A stretch of 64,000 nucleotides of DNA from Eledone cirrhosa (GCA_964016885.1 OZ024754.1:21204001-21268000), one strand, 5' to 3'. Positions 1 to 12,798 are shown, numbered from the stretch's first letter. The notes: generated from the sequence alone by a model not told the origin. Numbers and translations are program-made.

Positions 1-601
1 AATAAAATTATTATTAGATTCTCCAGCTGCTGTATCAATATGAATCACAATAAAATTTCGCCAGAGATAGATTAGCAAAATTTAATAAGCGGGGTGGGTG
101 TGGAATAAAAGCGTGGGTGGAAATATCTTGTGTCTTAAACTAGCGTTAATTGTTGCGAATGTTTCCTTTTAATTTGTGTTGATAAGGTACTTAAAAAGGG
201 CATCGCATTTTTCTTTCAGGTCGTGTGTTTGGATCTCTAATAAAAAAAGAAATCAATTTTATACAAACTCAAATGTCTGGACTAAACATTACAAAAGCAA
301 TATCATGACATACCAACGCCTCCTCGAAATCTATATAATAAATGGCCTCTTACCGAGACAGTGAGCTTCTAGGAATGTGACCACCGGAATTTGAAACAAA
401 GGATTGCCAAGAAATTCCAGTAACTCGTCGTATACCCACTCATTTGTCTCGGCCATGGTATCTTTTTTCCTTGCTTGGGGCTGTGTAGCGAGATTATATT
501 ATTTACTGTTGTCCTTAGTAACCGTATTAGCAACAGGGACAGGTGACGACCAGCACCGTTAACACACCTGATTTTTGTCCATATCTATTTTGCTAAGATG
601 A

Positions 602-738
602 ATTGATGAATTCAAGCAATGGATTTCTATTACAAGTAAACCTTTGTATATATATAGATATACATTAGAGAAAGAGGATGGGTGATCTTTATACAAAGGT
701 TTACTTGTAATAGAAATCCATTGCTTGAATTCATCAAT
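602..738. repeat. Inverted repeat with ~48-bp arms
   Basis: ttgatgaattcaagcaatggatttctattacaagtaaacctttgtata (~603-650) recurs as its reverse complement at ~690-737. Confidence 0.9.
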
Positions 739-773
739 ATATATATGTATGTATGTATGTGTATGTATGTATA

Positions 774-1872
774 TATATCAACTAGAAATTGATTGACATA
801 CATATATATTTAAAATAAACACATGAAACAATCACAGAGGATAATTTGTAAAGTGTGTAATAACACATAGCTAGGTAGGTAACTAATTAAAGTTTAACTA
901 GAGCTTCAAATATTACCTTTTAAAAAATGATTAATCTTCCTTGTATATATTTCATTAAGGAAATATATTTCACCATTAATCCGTAAAGTCACAGTAGTCA
1001 AATCCTGGATCTTCAGCAAGGGAGAAGATTTAACTATCTGTGTTTACACATCAAATGCAAATCTGCGAGTGACCCATCGCCCGTGTTGCAATTCTAAAAC
1101 TGCTGACAACATGCTAGCGTCATCCTAGTGGCGTGAATAGGGTGATCGACTGCTATAAATAGCAGCCGAGTCCTTTCAACTGAGTTAGCTCTACAATTAA
1201 GGAGCCGTGTATATATCCAACATTAATTTAATTAAATTAAATTAAGGAATCGGCTGCTATTTATAGCTGTCGATCACCCCATTCACGCCACTAGGATGAC
1301 GCTAGCATGTTGTTAGTAGTTTTAGAATTGCAACATGTGCGATGGGTCATCCTAGTGGCATGAATGGGGTGATCGACAGCTATAAATAGCAGCCGATTCC
1401 TTAATTTAATTTAATTAAATTAATTTTGGATATATACACGGCTCCTTAATTGTAGAGCTAACTCAGTTGAAAGGACTCGGCTGCTATTTATAGCAGTCGA
1501 TCACCCTATTCACGCCACTAGGATGACGCTAGCATGTTGTTAGCAGTTTTAGAATTGCAACACGGGCGATGGGTCACCCGCAGATTTGCATTTGATGTGT
1601 AAACACAGATAGTTAAATCTTCTCCCTTGCTGAAGATCCAGGATTTGACTACTGTGACTTTACGGATTAATGGTGAAATATATTTCCTTAATGAAATATA
1701 TACAAGGAAGATTAATCATTTTTTAAAAGGTAATATTTGAAGCTCTAGTTAAACTTTAATTAGTTACCTACCTAGCTATGTGTTATTACACACTTTACAA
1801 ATTATCCCCTGTGATTGTTTCATGTGTTTATTTTAAATATATATATATGTCAATCAATTTCTAGTTGATATA
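774..1872. repeat. ~1.1-kb foldback with nested internal inverted repeats
   Basis: Arm ~774-1299 (tatcaactagaaattgattgac...actaggatgac) is nearly the exact reverse complement of ~1346-1872; the block gtcatcctagtggcgtgaat...agcagccga occurs four times in alternating orientation. Confidence 0.92.
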
Positions 1873-1989
1873 AAATGCTCGGATCTATTCATTGGAATCT
1901 TTGAGCTTATTCTACGGTGGATATGGCGCATGTCTCGGACATGACTCCCTTAATTTAATTTAATTAAATTAATTTTGGATATATATATA

Positions 1990-2325
1990 TCAATGATATT
2001 AATAAATGGAAACTATATTTATAAAACCATATTTATTTTAGTATATATATTTCAAGGGTATCAAAATTTTGGTACGCCCTCATCAGATAAAATACAAAAT
2101 TTGTTTTAGAAATGTTGACAGACCTTATCGGTTCAGGTTCAGTTTGGATAACTGAACCTGAACTGATAAGGTCTGGTTTCTTGGGTATATCAACATTTAT
2201 AAAACAAATTTTGTATTTAATCTGATGTCAGCGTATCAAAATTTTGGTACCCACCCTTGAAATATATATAATAGAATAAATATGGTTTTATAAATATAGT
2301 TTCCATTTATTAATATCATTGATAT
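1990..2325. repeat. Foldback of two inverted hammerhead-bearing segments
   Basis: tcaatgatattaataaatggaaactatattt... mirrors ...aaatatagtttccatttattaatatcattga; central hairpin gaccttatcggttcaggttcagtt / aactgaacctgaactgataaggtc. Confidence 0.88.
2033..2100 (-). ncRNA. Candidate type I hammerhead ribozyme
   Basis: Minus strand reads tattttat-CTGATGA-gggcgtaccaaaattttgataccctt-GAAA-tatata-TA-ctaaaata. The plus-strand partner at ~2212-2280 has a degenerate core (CTGATGT). Confidence 0.55.
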
Positions 2326-3006
2326 TATACTCCAGAAAACTTGTAGAATGCTTCAAATCTGTTATAAATAAATTTTTTGAATAACCAACAAATTAAATAT
2401 CTCTTTGTTTATATATATATATATGCCCACCCCCACACATCACCATTGTTATTTGGTCCAATCAAAATTCAGCGGTTTATAGTATGGTTTCTAACACAAA
2501 TCTCTATCACAAAGCCACCGTTTCGGCTACTACTCCTTAAGTTTAGACCTGGTTGCTTTTCGGTGTGCTTAATGGACTACAGAGTTGGAGAGTATGAGCA
2601 CTCCATGACAATGACAAAGATAAAGATAAATTCACCTCCTGCCGCCGGACAAGAATGCAAGCACTCCTCTCTATTTCAGACATGGAAGACCAACAAAATT
2701 CCGTCTCCCACACAACTCCCTGTGCTCCCATCCCATCCCATCCCTTCCGCCCACCCAGCGAAATCCAAAACTTCAGAGTTGGTACCATGAACGCAGGCAC
2801 ATTGAAAGGTCGTTCAAATGAGGTTGTAGAGATGCTTGAATATAAGGAAGTTGATGTTTGTTGTGCTCAAGAGACTAGGTGGAGGGCTGGTCTGCTAGAT
2901 ACATTGTGGGTAAAAAAAACTATGCTATAAACTTTTCTGGATGGGAAATGACAACGGGCTGGGTGGAGTAGGAATTATGTTAGCTGAAAAATGGGTAGAT
3001 AGGGTT

Positions 3007-4150
3007 GTGGGTATGGTGTGGTGTGCGGTAGCCGGAAGTTGGGGAGTGCTCAACCGGAAGAGTGCTTGACCGGAAGGGTGCTTGGCCGGAAGGGTGCTCG
3101 ACCGGAAGGGCCAGCAGGTCGGCTTCTCTCTAGCGGTGATCAGGAATGTGGTGGACGTCAGTTTTGCAGCTCCCGGTTTTAACAAGTTGGATTGTACGCA
3201 CGTGGAAGAGGAGAAACCAGCCATGGGATCTAGTAGCGCCTGTGAAAAGCGGTAAGTTAGGTAGCTTTTTCTAACCACAAGCTATTTCATCACTGGAAAC
3301 TGAGATCTGATTAAAAAAAAAAAAATTTAAAAAAACTTTCTCGAAAACAAAGCTACTGGAAAAACAGAGAGGAGTCTGTTATTTTTTTTATTACGTACCG
3401 CAAGACAAATTAGGATATGGCGACGAGACTATGAATGATCAAACCAATTAGGGCATTTACCGGTGAAGGCGATGTCGCTTGGCTGCAAAAAGTCCGGCTG
3501 GTTGCAAGCTTTCAGAAGATAGAAGATGTGGCTGGCCTCATGGCAGTGTACCTCGAGAGGGATGCGCAAAAGATTGAGAGGCGCATGATGGAAGCGTTCG
3601 TGGAGGGACCGTTAGCCGCTTTTGCTAAGCTGGCAATGGAACGGTGAACACGTTGACATTTTCGCAGCGGAAATACGGCGATTGGCCATGTTGGCTGGAT
3701 ATCAGGTGGAATGCGAACGCATGGTGCGGTTGGCGTTCATAAATGGATTTCCAGATGACATAGCAGTGAAACTGCAGCAAGTCCCGGGTTACAAAGAAAT
3801 GGAGATGCGTTCACTGGTGGAGCAAGCCCGCATCATAGCAGAAAATGCCAAGAAGAGTGTCGCGGTGATAGCAACTACAGAGGCCCAAGATAGCTGGCAG
3901 CGAAATGGTGAAAGGGAAGCAACCACGGCACGCGGTCACCCGCAAACGTTTAGAGGTTGCTGTTTTAGGTGCCAGGGCCCGCACATGGCGAGAGACTGTA
4001 GAGAGTCAAGGCCGGAAATAATATGCTACCGGTGTAAGCGACCAGGCCACATCGCTACTAGCTGCGACCAGGGAAATGATCCAAGGGGAACTACTGCGCC
4101 GGTAGTTGCCCCTTACGAGTAGAGGTGCTGCTCGTGGTGGAAGTCTTCAT
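3007..4150 (+). mobile_element. LTR retrotransposon fragment (probably Ty3/Gypsy): LTR/leader and gag, nested in the RTE
   Basis: ORFs 3435-3647 and 3622-4122 give a Gag-like protein with zinc knuckles CFRCQGPHMARDC and CYRCKRPGHIATSC; PBS-like TGGCGACGAG at ~3418; RTE coding stops at EKWVDRV and resumes at VIAINRVNDRII. Confidence 0.75.
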
Positions 4151-4473
4151 AGGTAATTGCCATAAATAGAGTGAACGACAGAATAATTAAAATAAGACTG
4201 GTTCTAAATAGAACAATCTGTTTATGCACCCCAATCTGGCCTAACTGACGTTATAAAAGACAGGTTCTATGAGTCGCTAATGCACACTACCTCCCAAATA
4301 ACCAACAGTGACTACTTAATTATTGCTGGCGACCTTAATGGTCATATTGGACAATATTGTGATGGCTATGATGGAATTCATGGAGGCTATGGGTTTGGTA
4401 CTAGAAATGAGGAAGGCTTCAGGATCCTGGAATTCTGTGACGCTTATAACCTAACTATCTGTAACACAAACTT

Positions 4474-5228
4474 CCAAAAGTCCCTGGCCTGGCAGTGCTA
4501 CCGAGGAGCTCTACCAGTTCGAGACAAGCTCTACAGACATGGGCGCCCGGGCAGGGACCCTGCAAAAAAGATCTGTCCGAGGTGCGTGCGAGACGAAGAA
4601 ACCGTCGCGCACGCATTCATACACTGCCCGGGCGTCACTGACCTGTGGGGATATGTAGAACGACTATTGTCGCGGGTGGGACCAATCCAGTTGACCACCG
4701 AGTCCATTGTCATGATCAAACCGCCACCCTCCTTCAAAAACGAAGGAGAGGCGGTTTTCCTTTGTGTGATAGCTATGGCGAAAGAGGTTGTATGGTGGAC
4801 AAGGTTGAAAGGGCTGAGGTCAGACACCTTTCTCTCCGGCCAACAACTGATTCTTTTTTTCAAATACCACTTTGGAAGAAGAATCAGGATGGAGAGAGAG
4901 GTGCTGTACCGCAGCAAGTTTTATGAAAGGTGGGTGAAAGTGGCGAGAATGGCCCGAGTGAATGGGCCTTCTCTCTATATCAGCCTGTAGATTGAGGAAA
5001 AGGAGGAGGAGAGGAAAGGAGTACAAGCTCTTCGTACTCCTGGAGATGAGGGTTGCACATTTTTTCGGGGGTATGTGTTACCCATATAAACTGTCTCCCT
5101 CTATTGGGGAAAATCGACTAACTTTTAAATTCCATCTGTGATAACATTTTACACGTTTTTATTGTATGTAAACTTCCCCCTTTGTATTTGTCCCCTTCTT
5201 TTGTGCCCCTGTGGCTAATAAAGAAATA
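4474..5228 (+). mobile_element. 5'-truncated Tx1-clade LINE with 18-bp target site duplication
   Basis: Near-identical to the minus-strand copy ending at ~23240 (CPRCVRDEETVAHAFIHC, same 3' UTR); TATCTGTAACACAAACTT at 4456-4473 and 5229-5246. Confidence 0.93.
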
Positions 5229-5478
5229 TATCTGTAACACAAACTTAAAAAATGAAACAATCACTTGATCACCTATAGATCAGGGGAACACGCCAGCCAG
5301 ATAGATTTTATCCTTACTAGAAGACAAGACAGAGTGTCCGTTGTAAACACTAAGTCCCTCCCTCGTGAAGAATGCACCTCCCAACATAGCCTAGTAGTTA
5401 GTGACCTCATAGTCAGGAATAGACATATTCAACGACAGAGAACTACCTTGAGGCGAAGAATATGGAAGTTGAAGGACC

Positions 5479-6205
5479 TGTAGTGGAGCTACTTGCATGG
5501 TGTATATCAATAATGTGTGATTTGGTTATGTTAGACCAATCATAAGCCACGTATGGATATATATCAACTTCCACCCAGCTCAAAGATTTTCCCGCTTCTT
5601 TTGTTTTCACTAAACAGTTGCTGCTTAATTGTAGAAAGGTAAACACCATTTTTCTCTTGCCGTTCGACCACTAGCCAATATGTAATGACAACAACTCAGC
5701 TTCAGACTGGCCGGTACATTTCGGCCAGTCGACTGTACCTTCTTAACTCTTAATTTGTTTGTTCTTTTTTAAATGGCATGCCAGCTCAACTTTTGTAATC
5801 ATTTCAGTTGTAAATAAAACTTGTAAAATATTATAAGGTCTTGTAATATTTTTACCACAGTCATCGCCTTTGGATGTGATATGAGAAGAATCCTTTCCCA
5901 AAGTTCATATCACTACCACAACAGCTTTATATTTCTCTCGTGGCTACAAAACTTACAACCAAACTTCCCCTTCTAACATTTTATACAAACAACATACACT
6001 TACCAACTAACATTTTACCTTTACGGCTAACATGGCCTATCACATAATATACCGTTACATTTCTTGCTATAACAATTAGCTAAACAACTCCTCGTATACT
6101 ATCATCTATAACAAATAACATGATTCCTCATATTCTTAATATGCCAACACGGCATAATAAACTTTCTTATTCTTATTATGCCAACATGGCATGATATTAT
6201 CTTTC
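5479..6205. mobile_element. Unclassified insertion in the RTE; first ~380 bp solo-LTR-like
   Basis: RTE frame breaks after WKLKD and resumes at KDPTTSNKYK; insert starts TGTAGTGG, has AATAAA at ~5813 and ACCACA at ~5859. Confidence 0.4.
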
Positions 6206-8371
6206 TGCTAAAGACCCCACAACCAGTAACAAATATAAAAGCATATTACTTGATGCTTTTGATAGTAAGGAAGAGTAATTAGAGACGTACAATATAAAGG
6301 AACAGTGGGAATTCCTGAAAGTTAACCTGCTGAAGGCGGCAGATGAAATCTGTGGCTGGAGCAGACCTATAGGCAGGAGGAGAGTAACATGGTGGTGGAA
6401 GAGTAAGGTGGAGGAGACAATCAAGGCCAAATGACAGGCTTGGAAAGAATGGCAAGGAGAGAAGCTAGGTGACAAGTGTACTTTCCAAGAAGGGAAGCAG
6501 AGGATAGAAAGTTCAAGCATGTTATACAACGTGAGGATCAAAAACGTGAGGTGTTCAGGATTGCGAGGCAATGTGTCAAGGAAAACTGAGATATTGTCGG
6601 GGAGAAGTGTGTCCATAATGATGATGGTGTACTTGCCATCACTGATGCTGATAAGAAGATAGCTTGGAAGTGTCACTACGAGAGGCTACTAAATGAGGAG
6701 AATGAATGGGATAAAGATAGTCTGCCCCACATCGATCCAATAGAAGGATCAGCGGTGCAAGTTAATGGTAATATAATAAGTAAGGCAATCAAAGATAGGC
6801 AAGGCAAGACAGGCAAGGCAGCTGGGCCTTCAGAGATAGTTACTGAGATGTTGAAGGCAACTGGAATGGTGGGACACACTATAGTCACCTGGATAGTAAA
6901 CCAAACAATACAGAACGGGGTCATACCAAATGACTGGCGTAGCAGCATCATCGTTAACTGCTACAAGGGCAAAGGTGACGCTCTAGATAGAGGAAACTAT
7001 AGAGGTATAAAGTTGATCAACCAGATCATGAAAGTAACGGAAAGAGTTATAGCACAGTTGATTAGGGACCGGGTAAAACTAGATGAGATGCAATTTGGGT
7101 TTGTACCAGGAAAAGGCACCACTGATGCTCTCTCCCTTGTACAGCAACTACAGGAGAAGTACCTAGCTAAAAGTAAACCCCTCTAATTAGCTTTTGTTAA
7201 CTTGGAGAAAGCCTTTGACAGAGTCCCCCGCTCCATTTTCTGGTGGGCCCTTAGAAAACTAGGAGTAGATGAGTGGCTTATGAGAGCTATACAAGCCATG
7301 TATAGAGGAACAGTCAGCAAGGTTAGAATTAACAATGAATATTGTGAAGAATTTAGCATAAAAGTTGGTGTTCATCAAGGCTCTGTCCTTAGCCCCCTCC
7401 TGTTTATTATTGCTCTACAGGCTATAACAGAGGAGTTTAAGACCGGCTGCCCATGGGAACTTTTAAATGCTGATTATCTAACTCTCATAGCTGAATCTAT
7501 GGCTGAACTAGAGAAGAAATTCCAAACATGGAAGCATGGCCTAGAATCAAAAGGCCTTAAAGTTAACTTGTCTAAGACTATAACATTCTAGTATGTAGAA
7601 AGGAAAATAAGGCACAGGTGCCCTCTGGGAAATGGCCATGTTCAGTGTGTAGGAAAGGAGTAGGTAGAATATCCATTCTATACCCGAAATGGGATCACAG
7701 GCAAGCTATCTAAGAATGTAGATTTTATACGTGGCCGATTCTCAGGTGCAGTAAGTGCCCACAGGATACTAGCTTCTTCAACTGCCCAGATGGTTCTATA
7801 GAAACTTTCCATTACCTGGGTGACAAAATCAGCAGTGGAGGAGGGTGCCCTGAAAGTACAGTAGCCAGAGTTAGAACGAGATGGAAAAAGTTCAGAGAGC
7901 TAATACCGCTGTTGGCCACAAAAGGTTTCTCTCTAAAAATGAAAGGCAGACTGTATGATTCCTGTATACGAAAAGCAATGTTATATGGCAATGAGACATG
8001 GGCATTGTGTGCAATCTTCCTGTGCAGACTGGAAAGAATCGAAGCTGCATGCTCCGTTGGATGTGTAATAGTAATATACATGAATGGCAAAACATAAATG
8101 GGCTAAGTGAGAAATTAGGAATAAGAGGGATCAGATGTTGTTTACTTGAGAGGAGATTACGTTGGTATGGTCACGTGATGTGCATAAAAGACGACAGCTG
8201 TATAAAAAAGTGCAGGGCGATCAAAATTGATGGAAGTTACGGAGTAGGTAGACCCAGAAAAACCTGGGACAATATGATAAAATCCGACCTTGCACACTTG
8301 TACCTCTCTAAGACAATGTCACTGGATCGAGATCTTTGGTGCCACGCAGTAATACAGAAGAGCTCCAACCA

Positions 8372-8803
8372 GACAGAGAGTGATATGGTGGTGGAACAGC
8401 ACAGTAGATAAGGCCATTAGAGACAAAAGACTAGCATGGAAGGCTTGGAAAAAAGGGTGGGAGTAGGGAAAGATATACAGCCGCTAAGAGAGAAGCTAGA
8501 CGTCAGGTGTACTTAGCACGCAGGGACGCTGAGAGTAGGAGGTTTGTCAATGTTCTGCGATGGGATGATCAGAGACGTGCGGTGTTCCACTTTGCAAGAC
8601 AGTGTGTCAATGCAAATCAGGATGTTGTTGGAGATAAATGTGTCCGGAATGATGCCGGTGTACTTAGTATCATGAATGATCAGAAAAAGGAGGCCTGGAA
8701 ATGTCATTATGAGAGACTGATGAATGTGGAGAATGAATAGGAGAAAGAGAAATTAACCTCAGTAGATGCGACAGAGGGACCAGCTATTGAGATTGACGAA
8801 TAT
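8372..8803 (+). mobile_element. Internal fragment of a second RTE family
   Basis: Closely matches 30605-31033 (agagacaaaagactagcatggaaggcttgg...gagattgacgaata). Confidence 0.88.
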
Positions 8804-8825
8804 GTATAATATGTATAATAATGCC

Positions 8826-9702
8826 GTGAATATGTATAATAAAGCCAAAACAATGCAGATATGGACATAGTATTTAAATGTCCTTAATTTTCGCATTGTT
8901 TGGCTTTATTATACATATTCAAACGTTTATACCTCATTACACAATGCTTCAAGTGAACTATAACCTCCTCCTATCCTTACGCCTGAGCCAGGCCCAGTTC
9001 ACAACTGTAATTTCCCTCTGAAGAAGAGATATTATCTCGAAAATTAAGGACATTTAAATACTATGTCCATACCTGCATTGTTTTGGCTTTATTATACATA
9101 TTCAAACGTTTATACCTCATTACACAATGCTTCAAGTGAACTATAACCTCCTCCTATCCTTACGCCTGAGCCAGGCCCAGTTCACAACTGTAATTTCCCT
9201 CTGAAGAAGAGATATTATCTCGAAAATTAAGGACATTTAAATACTATGTCCATACCTGCATTGTTTTGGCTTTATTATACATATTCAAACGTTTATACCT
9301 CATTACACAATGCTTCAAGTGAACTATAACCTCCTCCTATCCTTACGCCTGAGCCAGGCCCAATTCACAACTGTAATTTCCCTCTGAAGAAGAGATATTA
9401 TCTCGAAAATTAAGGACATTTAAATACTATGTCCATACCTGCTTTGTTTTGGCTTTATTATACATATTCAAACGTTTATACCTCATTACACAATGCTTCA
9501 AGTGAACTATAACCTCCTCCTATCCTTACGCCTGAGCCAGGCCCAGTTCACAACTGTAATTTCCCTCTGAAGAAGAGATATTATCTCGAAAATTAAGGGC
9601 ATTTAAATACTATGTCCATACCTGCATTGTTTTGGCTTTATTATACATATTCAAACGTTTATACCTCATTAGACAATGCTTCAAGTGAACTATAACCTCC
9701 TC
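8826..9702 (+). repeat. 183-bp tandem array (~4.4 units) with hammerhead-like core and an inverted partial unit at the left end
   Basis: CTGAAGA-agagatattatctc-GAAA starts at 9018, 9201, 9384 and 9567; 8826-8893 is the reverse complement of part of the unit. Confidence 0.9.
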
Positions 9703-9859
9703 CGACATATATATATTTCGTTTCTGAATTTGTTTAGCAAGATTCTTTATATGAAAACGTGTGCCTATTTTCAATAAGGTATCCCCCTACTATAATAAAG
9801 CCCTTCAAAATAGCGGATTTAGCGAACCGATTAAGTACATACCCAACAATACTAACTCC

Positions 9860-10572
9860 TTTAAACATAATAATAGGAAAAGAAAAATAATCTGGTTCAC
9901 ACACCCCTCCCCTACTCTTTAGCAGTTAAAACTAATGTAGGCAAAAAATTCCTAGAGCTCTTAGATAAACATTTCCCTAGAACACATAGATACTATAAGA
10001 TCTTCAATAGAAACTGTGTCAAAATCAGCTACTCCTGCGGTCCCTCTATTAAATCTTATATCCTCAATAAGAAAATACCCAGAGAACATCAAAATTGCTC
10101 CTGTAGAGTAAAAAGTGAGTGCCCATTACAAGGTAAATGCAACAACAAAGCCATTGTATATGCGGCTAAAGTGACAACCACCAGCAACAACCTACCAGCC
10201 ACCAGCGAACGATATGTGGGTATGACACAAGACAAATTCAAAACGCGTTATTATTTACACGTCGCATCTTTCCGACATCCTGAAAAAATATTTACAACAG
10301 TTCTGGCTAGCAGAATATGGGATTTGAAAGACCAAGCTATCCAATAGAAATTAGATTGGTCAATTTTGAACCAATCTAAAGAATATGCAAGAGGAACAAG
10401 AAGATGCGCACTCTGCATAAGTGAAAAATATTGGATTTTACAGAACCTTAAATCACCAAAAACCTGCCTAAATGCAAAAACAGAAATTTTCACCAGTTGC
10501 CCACACATGAAATCACACTTGCTTTCCAGCTCATATAAACTTAACTCAATTTCAGATACTTATCCTCCATAA
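9860..10572 (+). pseudogene. Penelope-like element 3' fragment (linker + GIY-YIG endonuclease)
   Basis: Manual translation: RKIIWF..., LDKHFP...KIFNRNCVKISYSC, CSCRVKSECPLQGKC, RYVGMTQDKFKTRY; ORF track RRCALCISEK...LNAKTEIFTSCPH. Confidence 0.85.
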
Positions 10573-12381
10573 ACTCTTGTTCTTCACTTTCCTTAACTTA
10601 CCTTCTTTACAGACTTCTCTTTCTGATTTACTTTCATTTTTATTTTTAACTTTATTTTTACTTCACATCCACTAGTGACCCCCCCCCCCTGCTTTTTGAT
10701 TCACTTATCTTCACAATTTTACATATTTTACTTCCCCCTTTTCTTTCACTACCTGATATCACATGTCACTTGTGTTTTCAACTCCATATATATTCTGTTG
10801 TCCCTCAGCCGCTTTTATGTATGTTTACTTGCGTATAATTTGTACCCATTTATTCATACGGCTGGTTTTTATATATGTATGTATGCGTGTAAGTGTGCAT
10901 ATGTGTGTATACGTGTTTGTCTATGTATACGAATGCATTCGTATGTGCGCGTGTATGTGTATATGTGTGTGTACGTCTGTTTTTATATCTATGTTTTTTA
11001 CATACTTATATATATATATATAATATAATATTACGGCTCCATACTGTTGAGCTAATCTTTAATCCCATATAAACGGCTGTTATTTCTAGCGCCATGAATA
11101 TGAGATAGCTAGTGAGCTGGATAACCTCGTGCAAATACCTCGTGCGTTTGCGCTAATAACCAGACCTCCAAAAAATTTTCGAGGTGAAGTGTCCTAATTT
11201 TTCTGGGTACCTGTTGATAAGCGCAGAGAATTGGAATATTTCACTTTTTATACTATCGTTTGCGAAACTTGTTTGAATTTTGAAGTTCAGATTGATCTGC
11301 GGAAAAGGTTTGGATTTTGAAATTTAAATTTGTCCAGGTACCACGGCTATTTGCCAATATGGGTTTGCTTTTATTGATTTATTAGTTTAGATCGAGACAG
11401 GCAATCTATATTTTTGTTTGAATTAGTTTATTTCATTCTAGCTAACTTCGTCCTTTACAATACAAACACTTTTGTGTTTATCATATATTAATTTATATTA
11501 ACTTGTATTTCACGGCTCAGAAATGCTTCTTTCTTTGAGCTAATTAATCGTAAAGGACTGTTTGAGTTTACAACTCTAAATATAATATAATATATATATA
11601 TATATATATATGGTCGCGTGCGTGCGTGTGATTAGATGTACATGTATGTATATATATATATGTGTATCGTGTGTATGTATGCGTGCTTTTGTATGTATGT
11701 ACGCATGTATGTGTTTTTGTCTGTACGTATATATATATATATTATATATATATATATATATATGTGCGTACGAACCTCTGTATGTTTTCTACTTTTTATT
11801 TATTTTTTCTAGTGTTACTTTATAATTGATAACCCCTCCCTCTTACTTTCTCTTTGATTTAATTTTTATTCTTATATATTATTTCATTTTCATATTTTAT
11901 ATTTTTATATCTGCATCGACCTTCAGTCTGACACTGCTTTGACTGTTACACTCCCTTCCCTGTATATATCACATACATGTATGTGGTTGCGCGTGTGTGT
12001 ATGTTTATACGCGTGCTTTCATCCTTGTATGTGTATATATTTCAATCCTTAGTCCCTCAGTCTGTATGTACACTAACTCTATTATCTTACAATTTCTTTT
12101 TTCAACATATATTATATACGTATTTGTGGTCACACATACACTGATATGCTTGCCCTCATGTATGTACTTACGCACACATTTTTTCACTATGCACATGCAT
12201 TTGTACATATACACATATGTACATTTGTAGGTGCATATACACACATTTATACACATACCCTTACTATATTTCCTTATTTTATTTTTATATATCTCTTGCA
12301 TTACTTTTATTTATATATTTTTTTTTGCTTGTTAAACTTTTGCCTATCTTGAGGAGATTTTTCAAATATTTCACTGTTTTA

Positions 12382-12459
12382 AATTGCCTTGTCTGACGAA
12401 CGAATGAGGACGTTTCTTGTATTCGTCTTATTCGGGAAACCTCTGGTAATGAGGTAATT
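12382..12459 (+). ncRNA. Type I hammerhead ribozyme
   Basis: Stem I aattgccttgt/atgaggtaatt (with G-U pairs), CTGACGA, stem II cgaatgaggacg/cgtcttattcg, GAAA-CC-tct-GG-TA, cleavage triplet GUA. Confidence 0.8.
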
Positions 12460-12642
12460 ATATTGTATTGTTTATTATACATTATATATATACATATATG
12501 TATATGTGTGTGTGCGTGTGTGTTTATATACTTTTATATTTATTATTCTTTTTCTCCTTTTCTTCTTCTTCCTCTAGCTTCACTTTCATATTTATTATAT
12601 TTTTGTTTTTCAAATCCACTTTCAATAAATACACCAGGATTT

Positions 12643-12702
12643 TTTCATTCTGATGACTGAAAGCAAATTTGTTTGCTTTCAAGAAACCACTGGTAAATGA
12701 AA
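12643..12702 (+). ncRNA. Type I hammerhead ribozyme
   Basis: Stem I tttcatt/aatgaaa, CTGATGA, stem II tgaaagcaaa/tttgctttca, GAAA-CC-act-GG-TA, cleavage triplet GUA. Confidence 0.85.
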
Positions 12703-12798
12703 TAATTATCTTATGTTGTTTATTACATAACTAATAAGCTCTGTAACCTACATAGAGCACTCTTTTTTCCTGGACCTTTCCGACGGAATTACTTCATT

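Larger units (their letters stand above)
2770..8370 (+). mobile_element. Decayed RTE-clade non-LTR retrotransposon (APE endonuclease + RT), split by three insertions
   Basis: APE motifs RVGTMNAGTL, CCAQETRW, IIAGDLNGH, QIDFIL; RT motifs KGKGDALDRGNYRGIKL, EKAFDRVPR, GVHQGSVLSPLLF; RTE C-terminus RRLRWYGHV...GRPRKTW. Many stops and frameshifts. Confidence 0.92.

Noticed and set aside
4280-4990. Novel endonuclease/zinc-finger fusion gene
   Set aside because: Chance in-frame junction of RTE and inserted Tx1, shown by the TSD.
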